Source of the DNA: Candidatus Micrarchaeia archaeon
Lineage (GTDB): Archaea > Micrarchaeota > Micrarchaeia > Burarchaeales > Fermentimicrarchaeaceae
DNA length: 64,000 nt
NCBI GenBank assembly: GCA_038871515.1
Contig: JAVZHX010000001.1
Coordinates: 192,001-256,000 of the forward strand
Direction of reading: 5' to 3'
Position numbers and translations under genes: made by a program. How positions within the stretch are numbered: position 1 is the first letter of the stretch; the number at the start of each line of letters is the position of its first letter. Under the pieces are notes generated by a model. It saw nothing but the letters and a program-made list of their open reading frames with translations, made no database searches and had not been told where the DNA came from. Shown one piece after another: positions 24,351 to 34,196 of the stretch.

Positions 24351-25340
24351 ATGGGAAAGATACGAAAGCCAAGAAGTGGGTCTCTTGCCGTGAGACCGAG
24401 GAAAAGGGCGAGCAGGCAGAACGCTCGCATCGCTAGCTGGCCCACCAGTGAGGAAACAAAGCTGCTTGGGTTTGCTGGTTTCAAAGCAGGCATGACGCAC
24501 GCGACAATGATTGATGACACTCCGGGTTCACCAACAAAGGGGCATGAAATTTCTGTGCCTGTGACTGTTGTTGAAACCCCTCCTCTTTTTGTTTTTGGTT
24601 TGCGCGCTTATTCTCGTGGTGCTTCTGGCTTGAAAACTTTTTCTGATGTTTATGCAAAGGAGATTGACAAAAAAATTGCTGAGATGCTGAATTTGAAAAA
24701 AACGAATTATGAGGAAGCTTTGAAGAAGGTTGAGGAGAATGCAGATAAAATTTGTGATGTGAGAGTTCTTGCCGTGACAACTCCGTATAAAACTGGTTTT
24801 GGGAGAAAGAAGCCAGACGTTGTGGAGATTGCGGTTGGTGGAAAGAATGTGAAGGAGAAGCTGGAGTTCTGCAAGAGTATTTTGGGGAAGGAAGTGAAAG
24901 CGAGTGATGTTTTTTCAGAGGGGGAGCGTGTTGATGTTATAAGCGTAACTAAAGGGAAGGGATGGCAGGGAGCTGTGAAGAGGTTTGGAGTTCATCTCCA
25001 GAGAAGGAAGGCAACTGGAAGAAGAAGGCATGTTGGAACGCTTGGCCCGTGGCATCCCGCAAGGGTTATGTATACAACCCCTATGGCTGGGCAGATGGGT
25101 TATCACAAAAGAACTGAGCATAATAAGAGAATATTGAAAATAGCGAAGGGAGAGGAGGTTAATCCAAAAGGTGGTTTTCTGAATTATGGGGTTGTGAAGA
25201 ATGAATGCGTGCTTGTGAAGGGTTCAGTGGGCGGTCCTTGCAAGAGAATTGTTAAGTTTAGAAAGGCGATGAGAATTGTTGATAAACCGGTAAAGCCAGA
25301 AATAAAATACATTTCAAAAGAGTCAAAGCAGGGTGCTTGA
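24351..25340 (+). CDS. rpl3: 50S ribosomal protein L3
   Basis: PRSGSL..RPRKRA, GFKAGMTH and AGQMGYHKRTE. Confidence 0.98.
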   Translation: MGKIRKPRSGSLAVRPRKRASRQNARIASWPTSEETKLLGFAGFKAGMTHATMIDDTPGSPTKGHEISVPVTVVETPPLFVFGLRAYSRGASGLKTFSDVYAKEIDKKIAEMLNLKKTNYEEALKKVEENADKICDVRVLAVTTPYKTGFGRKKPDVVEIAVGGKNVKEKLEFCKSILGKEVKASDVFSEGERVDVISVTKGKGWQGAVKRFGVHLQRRKATGRRRHVGTLGPWHPARVMYTTPMAGQMGYHKRTEHNKRILKIAKGEEVNPKGGFLNYGVVKNECVLVKGSVGGPCKRIVKFRKAMRIVDKPVKPEIKYISKESKQGA

Positions 25341-25341
25341 A

Positions 25342-26130
25342 ATGAAAGCTCATGTTTATTCACTTGACGGAAATCCAATTGAAGAGATAGAGCTGCCGAA
25401 GCAGTTTGAGGAGGAGGTTAGGGAGGAGTTGATAAGAAGGGCTGTGCTTGCCGAGCAGAGCAGAAAGTATCAGCCAAAAGGTGTGTTCAAGCTTGCTGGT
25501 ATGCAGACAACTGCTGAATACCGTGGGAGAAAGGAAGCATATGGCTCAATAAAAAACAGGGGTATATCAAGATTGCCGAGGGAGAAGTTTCCAAAAGGGA
25601 GGTTTGGGAAGGTTAGAATTGTTCCGTTTTCAGTGAAGGGAAGAAGAGCGCATCCACCAAAGCAAGAGAAAGTTTTGGTTGAGAGAATTAATAAGAAGGA
25701 GCATCAGAAAGCGCTGAGAAGCGCAATAGCTGCAACTGCAAGAAAGGAGTTTGTTGAGGGGAGAGGACACAGAGTTGAAGGCGTGAGGGAAATTCCTTTG
25801 ATTGTTGAGGATAAATTTGAGGAGTTGAGCAAAACAAAAGAAGTGGTTAGATGCTTGAAAGCATTGGGAGTTGAGAAAGAATTGGAGAGAGTAAGAAGGA
25901 AGAAAGCAAGTGGAGTGAAGGGAAGGAGGAGAGGGGGGAAAGTAGAGAGTAAATCATTGCTTGTGGTAGTTGGAAATGGAAGCAGAGTTGTGAGAGCAGC
26001 AAGAAATCTTCCCGGAGTGGATGTGAAAAGCGTCAGCGAGCTTGATATAACCTCGCTTGCTCCAGGCACGCAAGCAGGAAGGTTAACTCTGTGGAGCAGG
26101 AGAGCTGTGGAGGAGTTAAGGAAGGTGTAA
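25342..26130 (+). CDS. rpl4: 50S ribosomal protein L4
   Basis: GRRAHPPK and [13 protein letters not shown]. Confidence 0.98.
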   Translation: MKAHVYSLDGNPIEEIELPKQFEEEVREELIRRAVLAEQSRKYQPKGVFKLAGMQTTAEYRGRKEAYGSIKNRGISRLPREKFPKGRFGKVRIVPFSVKGRRAHPPKQEKVLVERINKKEHQKALRSAIAATARKEFVEGRGHRVEGVREIPLIVEDKFEELSKTKEVVRCLKALGVEKELERVRRKKASGVKGRRRGGKVESKSLLVVVGNGSRVVRAARNLPGVDVKSVSELDITSLAPGTQAGRLTLWSRRAVEELRKV

Positions 26131-26132
26131 GC

Positions 26133-26378
26133 ATGTTGATTCATCCTGTTGCAACTGAAAAAGCAATTGCGCTTATAGAGAAAGAGAATAAGCTTACGTT
26201 TATTGTTGGGAGAAATGCGACAAAGAAGCAGATTGCGGAGGAGGTTGAAAAAGCATATAATGTGAAAGTTGAGAAGGTGAATACGTTGATAACTGCGGAT
26301 GGGAAGAAGAAAGCGTATGTGAAGCTTCAGAAAGGTTACTCGGCGGATGAGCTGGCTGCCAAGTTGAAAATCATATAG
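26133..26378 (+). CDS. rpl23: 50S ribosomal protein L23
   Basis: P.ATEKA...ENKLTFIV...KKAYVKL. Confidence 0.97.
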   Translation: MLIHPVATEKAIALIEKENKLTFIVGRNATKKQIAEEVEKAYNVKVEKVNTLITADGKKKAYVKLQKGYSADELAAKLKII

Positions 26379-26386
26379 GTGTAATT

Positions 26387-27142
26387 ATGGGGAAGAGGTT
26401 GCTGCAGCAAAGGCTTGGGAAGGGTTCTCCTAGCTTCAGGAGGCCATCCCATAGATTCAAAGCAGATGTTGAGTTCAGGAAGCTGGATGAAGTTGAAAAG
26501 GAGGGGAAGCTTACTGGGTGGATTGTTGATTTGGTTGATGACCCTGCAAGGAATGCGCTGCTTATGGAAGTTGAGTTTGAGAATGGGGAGAGAAGGTTTT
26601 TCATAGCGCCGGAGGGAGCTGCTGTTGGAGATGTGGTTGAAGTTGGAAGGAATGCTGAGCTAAAACCTGGTAATGTGCTTCCGCTTCTTCAAATTCCGGA
26701 TGGAATTCCTGTTTACAACATTGAGATAACGCCAAGCGATGGAGGAAAACTTGTGAGAACTGCAGGCACTTCTGCTTTTGTTGTTTCTCATGAAGATGGA
26801 AAGGTGACTGTTAAGCTTCCTTCTAAAAAAGTTAAGGTGCTTGATGGAAGATGCAGAGCGCAGATTGGGGTGATATGCGGAGGAGGGAGACTGGAGAAAC
26901 CTCTTCTTAAAGCAGGAAAGATGTTCTATGCGATGGCTGCTGTTAACAGAAGATGGCCGAATGTGAGGGGAGTTGCAATGAACCCATACAACCATCCGTT
27001 TGGAGGGAAGGAGCATCACAGGGGAAGGGGTTCTGCAGTTTCAAGAAGCACTCCGCCTGGCAGGAAGGTTGGGCATATTGCTGCAAGGAGAACTGGAAGG
27101 AGAAGGGGGAAGGCAAGCAAGGAGGAGAAGATGGGTGAGTAG
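26387..27142 (+). CDS. rpl2: 50S ribosomal protein L2
   Basis: VRGVAMNP.NHPFGG. Confidence 0.98.
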   Translation: MGKRLLQQRLGKGSPSFRRPSHRFKADVEFRKLDEVEKEGKLTGWIVDLVDDPARNALLMEVEFENGERRFFIAPEGAAVGDVVEVGRNAELKPGNVLPLLQIPDGIPVYNIEITPSDGGKLVRTAGTSAFVVSHEDGKVTVKLPSKKVKVLDGRCRAQIGVICGGGRLEKPLLKAGKMFYAMAAVNRRWPNVRGVAMNPYNHPFGGKEHHRGRGSAVSRSTPPGRKVGHIAARRTGRRRGKASKEEKMGE

Positions 27143-27535
27143 ATGGCAAGAAAGATTCTGTACAGGGGTAAAACGCTTGAGGAGTTGAAGGAGATGACTG
27201 CTGATGAGTTCGCAAAGTTGCTCACAGCAAGGGAGAGGAGAGCGCTGAGAAGGGCAAACCCCCAGTACAGGAAACTGCTTGAGAAAGTTAGGAAAGTTAT
27301 CGGTGAGGGAAAGGAGAAGGTGATAAAAACGCACGTGAGGGATGCGGTGATACTGCCTGAATGGGTTGGCTTGAAGTTTGGCGTTCATAATGGAAAAGAA
27401 TTCAAGGTTGTTGAGATAAAGCCTGAGATGATTGGCTTCAGGCTTGGGGATTTCTCGCACACAACTGGCAGAGTTATACATTCTGGCCCAGGTGTTGGTG
27501 CGACAAGAGGTTCAAAGTATATACCGCTTAAGTAG
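27143..27535 (+). CDS. rps19: 30S ribosomal protein S19
   Basis: KTHVRD and GVGATRGSKYIPLK. Confidence 0.98.
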   Translation: MARKILYRGKTLEELKEMTADEFAKLLTARERRALRRANPQYRKLLEKVRKVIGEGKEKVIKTHVRDAVILPEWVGLKFGVHNGKEFKVVEIKPEMIGFRLGDFSHTTGRVIHSGPGVGATRGSKYIPLK

Positions 27536-27540
27536 GTGTG

Positions 27541-27987
27541 ATGATGAAGCTTGGTTACTCAGTGAAAAGTGAGGGGAGAGTTGCAAGAGCTCAGATGCAC
27601 GATGTTGATGCATCATTCAAAGATTTGACTCAGGTTTGTAGTAGTATAAGGGGAAAAGAAGTTTCGGAAGCAGTGAGACTGCTTGAGGAAGTGAGGCTTG
27701 GCAAAATTCCAATTCATTACAGGAAGTTCAATAAAAAGCTTGGGCATAGGAGGGAGTTGGGAGGTAAGAAGGGAAGATACCCAAAGAAGAGCGCGGAAAT
27801 TGTTCTTGAAGTTTTGAAAAATGCAGTTGCAAACGCGCGTTACAAAGGATTGGGGGAGAAGCTTGTGGTGAAGCACGCTGCTGCGAATAAGCAGAATATT
27901 TACCCAAGGATTGCTTCAAAGGGAAGAGCTATGAGGTCGGATTATGAAACTGCAAGAATTGAGGTAGTGCTTGAGGAGTTGAAGTGA
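27541..27987 (+). CDS. rpl22: 50S ribosomal protein L22
   Basis: GRYPKK.A...L.NA.ANA. Confidence 0.97.
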   Translation: MMKLGYSVKSEGRVARAQMHDVDASFKDLTQVCSSIRGKEVSEAVRLLEEVRLGKIPIHYRKFNKKLGHRRELGGKKGRYPKKSAEIVLEVLKNAVANARYKGLGEKLVVKHAAANKQNIYPRIASKGRAMRSDYETARIEVVLEELK

Positions 27988-27988
27988 T

Positions 27989-28654
27989 ATGGCAGTTGAA
28001 AGAAAATTTATAGATGATTCAATAAGCAGGTATAAGCTTGCAAGATACCTTGAGAAAGAGTTGGATAGAGCGGGTTTCTCAGGGGTGGAGATACAGAGAA
28101 CGCCGATGGTGACAAGAATTAACGTTGCTGTTACAAAGCCAGGCAAGGTTATTGGAAGGAAGGGAAGAACAATTGCTGAGCTCACTGAAGCAATACAGAG
28201 GAACTTTGGAATTGAGAATCCACAGATAAGTGTTACGGAAGTTACAAATGAAAATCTTGAGCCAAGATTGGTTGCAAAGAGAGTTGTGAGGGCGATAGAG
28301 ATGGGCGGGAATGTGAGGGCGCTTCTGCACTTCACATTGAAAACAATTATGGATGCTGGCGCGCTTGGAGCTGAGATAATTGCAAGCGGCAAGATTGCTG
28401 CAAAGGGAGCAAGGGCGAAAACGCTTAGAGTTGGAGCGGGTTACATACCGAAAGCAGGGGAGCCAGCGAGGTTGGTGAGAAGCGCGCATGTAACTGCATA
28501 TCCAAAGTTTGGCGCAATTGGGGTGCTTGTGAGAATTGTTCCTCCTGGAACGGTTTTTCCGGATAAGGAGGGGGTAAAACCTGTTGAGCTTCCCAGGGTT
28601 ATAAAGGAGGCAAGTGAGGAGAGTGAGAAGGATGGCGGTGTTAAGAGCGAGTGA
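27989..28654 (+). CDS. rps3: 30S ribosomal protein S3
   Basis: KH domain PGKVIGRKG. Confidence 0.98.
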   Translation: MAVERKFIDDSISRYKLARYLEKELDRAGFSGVEIQRTPMVTRINVAVTKPGKVIGRKGRTIAELTEAIQRNFGIENPQISVTEVTNENLEPRLVAKRVVRAIEMGGNVRALLHFTLKTIMDAGALGAEIIASGKIAAKGARAKTLRVGAGYIPKAGEPARLVRSAHVTAYPKFGAIGVLVRIVPPGTVFPDKEGVKPVELPRVIKEASEESEKDGGVKSE

Positions 28655-28838
28655 GCTCAGGCAGATGGATGTGGATGCGTTGAAGAGCAAGCTAGCTGAG
28701 CTGAAAAACGAGCTGAGAGTTGAGAGAGGACACGTTGCTGGTGGGGGAAGGGCAACAAACCCTGGGAGGATAAGGGAGGTAAGGAGGAGTATTGCAAGGG
28801 TGTTGACGGTTCTCAAGGAGAAAGGAGTTGAAATTTGA
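28632..28838 (+). CDS. rpl29: 50S ribosomal protein L29
   Basis: NPGRIREVRRSIARVLT. Confidence 0.96.
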   Translation: MAVLRASELRQMDVDALKSKLAELKNELRVERGHVAGGGRATNPGRIREVRRSIARVLTVLKEKGVEI

Positions 28839-28855
28839 GGAGGTGAGAGAGTTAG

Positions 28856-29161
28856 ATGGGAGAGATATGCCCCAAGTGTGGGCTTCCGAAAGAGATATGC
28901 GCGTGCGAAGCCCTGGAGAGAGAAGCTGCGAGGAGAATAAAAGTATACAGCACAAAGAAAAAATTTGGAAAGCTTGTGACAGTGATTGAGGGGTTGAATG
29001 AAAATGAGCTTGAGAAAATTGCAAAGGAGCTTAAGAGAAAGCTGGCGTGCGGAGGAACTTCAAAGGATGGGATGGTTGTGTTGCAGGGGGAACATAGAGA
29101 GAAAATTAAGGAGTTGCTTGGGAAGATGGGTTATGCTGAAGACAGTATAGATGTGGTTTGA
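28856..29161 (+). CDS. Translation initiation factor aIF-1 (SUI1)
   Basis: CPKCGLPKEICAC and LACGGT.K...LQGEH. Confidence 0.96.
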   Translation: MGEICPKCGLPKEICACEALEREAARRIKVYSTKKKFGKLVTVIEGLNENELEKIAKELKRKLACGGTSKDGMVVLQGEHREKIKELLGKMGYAEDSIDVV

Positions 29162-29451
29162 TGATAGACAGAAACAATATATTGATTCACGAGTTGATTG
29201 GTTTGGAAGCGGAAGTTTTGAGCAGCACTTGCAAGAATCTTGCTGGGATGAGAGGGAGAGTTGTGAATGAAACGAAAAACACTTTGGAGGTTGAGAAGGG
29301 AAGAGATGTAAAGGTGATTCCAAAAAAGATTGCAATGTTCAGATTCTATCTGCCAAACGGCGAGTTTGCTGATGTTGATGGAAAACTGATACAGCACAAC
29401 CCGGAGGATAGGCCAAAAAAACTTTTGAAGTATGTTAGGAAGGTGGAATGA
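29161..29451 (+). CDS. rnp1: RNase P protein component 1 (Rpp29/Pop4)
   Basis: HELIGL...G.VVNETKNT...PEDR. Confidence 0.95.
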   Translation: MIDRNNILIHELIGLEAEVLSSTCKNLAGMRGRVVNETKNTLEVEKGRDVKVIPKKIAMFRFYLPNGEFADVDGKLIQHNPEDRPKKLLKYVRKVE

Positions 29452-29750
29452 TGGTTGAGTGCAATGATAAAAAGTGTTTCAAGCATGGAAATGTGAAGCT
29501 GAGGGGAGGAGTTCTACAGGGAGTGGTTGTAAGCGATAAGGGAAAGAGAACGGTTGTAGTGGAAAGACCTTTGACAAAGTATATTTCAAAGTATGAGAGG
29601 TTCGCAAGAACGCATTCAAGGATAGCTGCGCACAACCCAGATTGCATTGGAGCTAAGGAGGGAGACGTTGTGAAAATTGCTGAGTGCAGAAAGCTCAGCA
29701 GAACAAAAGCGTGGAGCGTTGTTGAGATAGTGAAGAGGGGTTCAAAATGA
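29448..29750 (+). CDS. rps17: 30S ribosomal protein S17
   Basis: C.D.KC.KHG and ECRKLSRTK. Confidence 0.97.
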   Translation: MMVECNDKKCFKHGNVKLRGGVLQGVVVSDKGKRTVVVERPLTKYISKYERFARTHSRIAAHNPDCIGAKEGDVVKIAECRKLSRTKAWSVVEIVKRGSK

Positions 29751-30145
29751 AAGGGTTGCAGAGCAAGGTTCCGAGAGGGTTGACGATAGGTTCGTATGTG
29801 CTTTGCGATGATAACAGCGGAGCGAAGGTGGTTCAAATTATTGGGGTGCTTGGGGTTCATACAAAAAGAACAAGGTATCCCTCTGTTGGAGTTGGGGATG
29901 TGGTGATTGTTGCTGTGAAGAAAGGTGCGCCTGAGATGAAGAAAAAAATTGAGAGGGCTGTTGTGATAAGACAGAAAAGGCCGATAAGAAGGGCAGGTGG
30001 GATGAGGGTGGAGTTTGAGGATAATGCGGTTGCCTTAATTGATGAGGCAGGTTTGCCGAAAGCAACTGAAGTGAAAGGCGCGGTTGCAAGGGAAGTTATT
30101 GAGAGATTTCCGAAAATTGCCGGAGTTGCCGGTGCGGTGGTGTGA
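29747..30145 (+). CDS. rpl14: 50S ribosomal protein L14
   Basis: DNSGAK and FEDNA. Confidence 0.98.
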   Translation: MKGLQSKVPRGLTIGSYVLCDDNSGAKVVQIIGVLGVHTKRTRYPSVGVGDVVIVAVKKGAPEMKKKIERAVVIRQKRPIRRAGGMRVEFEDNAVALIDEAGLPKATEVKGAVAREVIERFPKIAGVAGAVV

Positions 30146-30531
30146 TGGCGTTAACTCAATCAAGAAAACCTAGAAAGCAGAGGAAGGCAAGGGCAGAGGC
30201 GCCGCTGCATGCGAGGAGGCAGTTTGTTTCAGTTCATCTCAGCAAGGAAGTTAAGGAGAAGCTGAAGATAAAGAAGAGAAGCTTGCCGGTGAGAAAGGGG
30301 GATAAAGTGAAAGTTATGGCGGGTGAGTTCAAAGGGCATACTGGAAAAGTTGTGAGAGTTGATTTGAGAGATTGCAAGGTGTATGTTGAGGGAGTGGTGA
30401 GGAGGAGGGGGAAGGGAGGGGAGTCACAGGTTCCAATTCACCCATCAAAGCTGATGATTGTTGAGGTTGATTTGTCTGATAAAAAAAGAAGCGCTGCGCT
30501 GAATAAACATGGAGTTGGAGGGGTAGGTTAA
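30145..30531 (+). CDS. rpl24: 50S ribosomal protein L24
   Basis: KPRKQRK; KOW motif VRKGDKVKV. Confidence 0.97.
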   Translation: MALTQSRKPRKQRKARAEAPLHARRQFVSVHLSKEVKEKLKIKKRSLPVRKGDKVKVMAGEFKGHTGKVVRVDLRDCKVYVEGVVRRRGKGGESQVPIHPSKLMIVEVDLSDKKRSAALNKHGVGGVG

Positions 30532-31242
30532 ATGGCAAAGAAAGGTGGCTCATCTCATATGAAAAGAATTGCATCGCCAAGGTATGTTCCGGTAGCAAGG
30601 AAGGGGAAGGTGTGGGTTGTGAAACCATCACCAGGTCCGCACAGAATTGAGGATGCGGTTGCGTTGGGAGTTGTGCTAAGGGATATTATGCACGTTGCTG
30701 ACTCGGAGAGAGAGGTTAAGAGAGTGCTGACGGAGGGGAATGTGCTTGTTGATGGAAGAGTTGTGCGCGATAGGAAGTTTCCTGTTGGCTTGATGGATGT
30801 GGTGAGCATACCAAAGATGAATAAAAACTACTGGGTTGGAGTTGACAGAAAGGGGAGATTCAAGCTGTTTGAGGTGAAGGATGAGAGAGTGAAATTTAAA
30901 TTATGCAGAGTGGAGGGGAAGAGAACTGTGAAGAAAGGTGCAACCCAGATATCTTTCCATGATGGGAGGACAATCACTGATGGCAGGGAGCTGAGAGTTG
31001 GCGACACGGTGAAGCTTGCAATTCCAAAACAGCAGATTCTGTCTGTTATGAAGCTTGAGCCGAATGCAGTTTGCTTGATAACGAAAGGGATTCATGCCGG
31101 CGAGGTTGCTGTTGTTGAGGAGCTTTATCATAAAACTGGTGCAAAGAAAGCAGAGGCAAAGCTGCGTTCAGGTGAAGAGAGTTTCATAACAGTTAGGGAT
31201 TATGTTTTCGTTGTAGGGGATGAAGCTCAGGTGTTCAAATGA
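30532..31242 (+). CDS. rps4e: 30S ribosomal protein S4e
   Basis: PSPGPH and FPVGLMDV. Confidence 0.97.
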   Translation: MAKKGGSSHMKRIASPRYVPVARKGKVWVVKPSPGPHRIEDAVALGVVLRDIMHVADSEREVKRVLTEGNVLVDGRVVRDRKFPVGLMDVVSIPKMNKNYWVGVDRKGRFKLFEVKDERVKFKLCRVEGKRTVKKGATQISFHDGRTITDGRELRVGDTVKLAIPKQQILSVMKLEPNAVCLITKGIHAGEVAVVEELYHKTGAKKAEAKLRSGEESFITVRDYVFVVGDEAQVFK

Positions 31243-31736
31243 GAGAGATAAAAATTGAGAAAGTCACTGCAAACATAGGAGTTGGAGAGGGAGGGGAGAA
31301 GCTGGAGAGATGCTTAGCTCTGTTAACAAACCTTGCTGGAAGGCAAGCTGTGAAAACGCTTGCAAGGGTGAGAAACCCAACTTTCAAGATAAAGAAGGGT
31401 GATCCGATAGGAGTTAAGGTTACGCTGAGAGGAAAGGAGGCTGAGGAGTTTTTGATGAAGGCGCTTGACGCAGTTGATAAAAAAATAAGCTCAAACTGTT
31501 TTGATGAGCACGGTAACTTTTCATTTGGCGTTAAGGAGTACATTGATTTTCCCGGTGCAAAGTACGACCCAAAGCTTGGGATTGTGGGGTTTGATGTGTG
31601 CGTCACTTTGAAAAGAAAGGGATGGAGGGTTGAGGAGAGAAGGAGAGGAAAAAGCAAAATTGGGGGGAGGCACAGAATAACAAGGGAGGAGGGAATGACG
31701 TTTGCAAAGGAGAAGTTGGGAGTTGAAGTGGTGTGA
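31239..31736 (+). CDS. rpl5: 50S ribosomal protein L5
   Basis: IGVKVTLRG and GNFSFG. Confidence 0.98.
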   Translation: MREIKIEKVTANIGVGEGGEKLERCLALLTNLAGRQAVKTLARVRNPTFKIKKGDPIGVKVTLRGKEAEEFLMKALDAVDKKISSNCFDEHGNFSFGVKEYIDFPGAKYDPKLGIVGFDVCVTLKRKGWRVEERRRGKSKIGGRHRITREEGMTFAKEKLGVEVV

Positions 31737-31739
31737 GCT

Positions 31740-31916
31740 ATGGGTAAGAAAAAAGTTTCTGAGGAGAAAAGACTGAAGTTGAAGTTTAAGGGGAAGGGTT
31801 TGAGGAAGTGCAAGTTCTGCGGAAATGCTAGGGGAGTGATAAGGAAGTATAGGTTGTATATATGCAGGAGATGTTTCCGGGAGATTGGTGAGAGTATTGG
31901 TTTCAGGAAGTTTTAG
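31740..31916 (+). CDS. rps14: 30S ribosomal protein S14 (Zn type, 58 aa, missing from the ORF track)
   Basis: Own translation: MGKKKVSEEKRLKLKFKGKGLRKCKFCGNARGVIRKYRLYICRRCFREIGESIGFRKF*. Confidence 0.96.
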   Translation: MGKKKVSEEKRLKLKFKGKGLRKCKFCGNARGVIRKYRLYICRRCFREIGESIGFRKF

Positions 31917-31924
31917 GTGATGTG

Positions 31925-32314
31925 ATGACAAACGACCCGCTTGCGGATGCGCTTAACACAATAAAAACGCATGAGATGCTGGGAAGAGCAAAATGCACAA
32001 TAAAACCTGCTTCAAAACTGATAAAGGAAGTGTTGATGATTCTTCAAAAAAATAGATACGTGGGGGAGTTTGAGTATATTGATGACGGCAAGTCGGGTTC
32101 TTTCACAGTGCAGCTGATGGGAAGGATAAATGACTGCAAGGTGATAAAACCAAGGTTTGCGGTGAGAAAGGATGAATGGGCGAAGTGGGAGCAGAGGTAT
32201 ATACCGGGACCGGAGTTTGGAATGCTGATAGTTTCAACTCCCCAGGGGCTTATGACAAATAAAGAAGCAAGGGAGAAGGGAATTGGGGGAAGGCTTGTGG
32301 CGTATGTTTACTGA
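31925..32314 (+). CDS. rps8: 30S ribosomal protein S8
   Basis: DPLADAL and GIGGRLVAYVY. Confidence 0.98.
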   Translation: MTNDPLADALNTIKTHEMLGRAKCTIKPASKLIKEVLMILQKNRYVGEFEYIDDGKSGSFTVQLMGRINDCKVIKPRFAVRKDEWAKWEQRYIPGPEFGMLIVSTPQGLMTNKEAREKGIGGRLVAYVY

Positions 32315-32323
32315 AGTGGTTGC

Positions 32324-32818
32324 ATGATTGAGATACCTGCGGAAGTTGAAGTGGATGTAAGAGGAAACACAGTTTCTGTTAAAGGAAAGAAGGGAGCTTT
32401 GCAGAAGAGCTTCAGCGGAAGAGGTTTGAGGATTGAGAGGAAGGGGAATGCAATTGAAGTTTTTGGAGGGGATGGGGGAGCGATGCTTGAAAGAACAATT
32501 GAATCGCATTTAAAGAATATGTTTCAGGGAGTTAGTGAGGGTTTCACGCGCAAGCTTCAGGTAGTTCACTCACACTTCCCGATTAACGTTGAGGTGAAGG
32601 GGAAGGAGGTGCTTATAAAAAATTTCATCGGTGAGAAAAAACCGCGCGTTGCAAGCATAGTTGGGGATACGAAAGTTGAAGTAAAAGGGAGTGAGATATT
32701 TGTTTCAGGAGTGGATAAAGAAGCAGTTGGGCAGACATGCGCGAATATTTGTTCTGCAACGTGCATACGCAACAAGGACAGCAGAGTTTTTCAGGATGGA
32801 ATATATTTGGTTGAGTGA
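32324..32818 (+). CDS. rpl6: 50S ribosomal protein L6
   Basis: SHFPI and D.RVFQDGIY. Confidence 0.97.
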   Translation: MIEIPAEVEVDVRGNTVSVKGKKGALQKSFSGRGLRIERKGNAIEVFGGDGGAMLERTIESHLKNMFQGVSEGFTRKLQVVHSHFPINVEVKGKEVLIKNFIGEKKPRVASIVGDTKVEVKGSEIFVSGVDKEAVGQTCANICSATCIRNKDSRVFQDGIYLVE

Positions 32819-32823
32819 TTCGT

Positions 32824-33159
32824 ATGAAAAAGAAGCATCCAAAGTTTTTCAGGCAGAATTATGGAAGAACGGATAGAAAGAGAATTTCGGATAGTTGGAG
32901 GAAGCCAAGGGGAGTGGATAATAAGAAGAGAATTAAGCTGAAGAGCGCTGGCGCGGTGCCCGAGATTGGATGGAGAAACCCAAGGGAGGTGCGCCACATT
33001 CATCCATGTGGAATGAGGGAAGTGCTTGTGAGAAACGTTGAGGAGTTGAAGAGGGTGAAAGATGCGGCAGTGAGGATTGCTTCAGGAGTTGGGAGAAAAA
33101 AGAGGGAGGAGATTGTTAGAAAGGCTAAGGAGATGAAGTTAAGAGTATTGAATGAGTGA
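32824..33159 (+). CDS. rpl32e: 50S ribosomal protein L32e
   Basis: WRKPRGVDNK and HPCG..EVLV.N. Confidence 0.97.
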   Translation: MKKKHPKFFRQNYGRTDRKRISDSWRKPRGVDNKKRIKLKSAGAVPEIGWRNPREVRHIHPCGMREVLVRNVEELKRVKDAAVRIASGVGRKKREEIVRKAKEMKLRVLNE

Positions 33160-33610
33160 GAAAATGGGAGTTAGAACTGTGAAAAGAATTGCTGCTGAGC
33201 TGCTTGGTGTTGGAGAGAGCAGAGTTAGAATAAACCCTGAAAATTTGAAGAAAGCGGAGGAAGCGCTTACAAGGGATGATGTGCGTGGCTTGATATCGCA
33301 GGGAGTTGTGTATGCGGTGAGGAAGAAAGGAGTTGGGAGAGGGAGGAGCAGAGTGAAGCATGAGAAAAAGAAAGCTGGGAGGAGAAGGGGGGTGGGAAGC
33401 AGGAAGGGAGGCTTGTATGCTCGTATTCCAAAGAAGAAAGTTTGGATGAGTAGAGTGAGGGCTCAAAGAATGCTGCTTAAAGAGCTTGCGCTTGAGAAGA
33501 AACTTCAGAAGGATGTTTACAGAAAAGTTTACAAAATGGTGAAGGGAGGAGCTTTCAAGAGCAGGGCGAGTTTGCTGGCTCACCTGAAAAATGCGGGATG
33601 GGTGAAGTGA
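33152..33610 (+). CDS. rpl19e: 50S ribosomal protein L19e
   Basis: GRRRG.GSRKG and W..RVRAQR. Confidence 0.97.
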   Translation: MSEKMGVRTVKRIAAELLGVGESRVRINPENLKKAEEALTRDDVRGLISQGVVYAVRKKGVGRGRSRVKHEKKKAGRRRGVGSRKGGLYARIPKKKVWMSRVRAQRMLLKELALEKKLQKDVYRKVYKMVKGGAFKSRASLLAHLKNAGWVK

Positions 33611-33611
33611 T

Positions 33612-34196
33612 ATGGGAAAGGCAACAGGACCAACGTATGTTGTTGCATTCAGAAGGAGAAGGAAGAACCTGACAAACTACGGAAAACGAATGAAGTTGCT
33701 CAAATCTGGAAAGACGAGGATGGTTGTGAGGAGGAGCAACAGAAACGTTATTGTTCAGTTTATAAACTACTCTGAAAAAGGAGATGTTACGGTTGCTTCA
33801 GCAAGCTCAAAGGAGCTTGAAGGAATGGGATGGCAGAGCAGATGCAACACTCCCACAGCATACCTCACGGGAATGCTTGCTGGGAAAAAGGCGAGGGAGA
33901 AAGGAGTGGGAGAATTCGTGCTTGACATCGGGCTTGCAACTCCTTCAAAAGGAGCGCTTGTTTTCGCTGCTGCGAAAGGAGCAATTGACGCTGGAGTGAA
34001 AACGAAGTTTGATGATGGGATGGTTGATTGGAGCAGAATAAGGGGGGAGCATATTGCAAAATACGCAGAGAGTTTGAAGGGAAAGCCGGAGTATGAGAAG
34101 TTGTTTTCAGCATACCTGAAAGCAAACTTTGCACCGGAGAAAATTCCGGAGGTGTTTGACAGAGTTAAGGAGCAGATAGCAAAAGGTGGTCGGTGA
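33612..34196 (+). CDS. rpl18: 50S ribosomal protein L18
   Basis: FRRRR...TNY..R and NTPTAYLTG. Confidence 0.97.
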   Translation: MGKATGPTYVVAFRRRRKNLTNYGKRMKLLKSGKTRMVVRRSNRNVIVQFINYSEKGDVTVASASSKELEGMGWQSRCNTPTAYLTGMLAGKKAREKGVGEFVLDIGLATPSKGALVFAAAKGAIDAGVKTKFDDGMVDWSRIRGEHIAKYAESLKGKPEYEKLFSAYLKANFAPEKIPEVFDRVKEQIAKGGR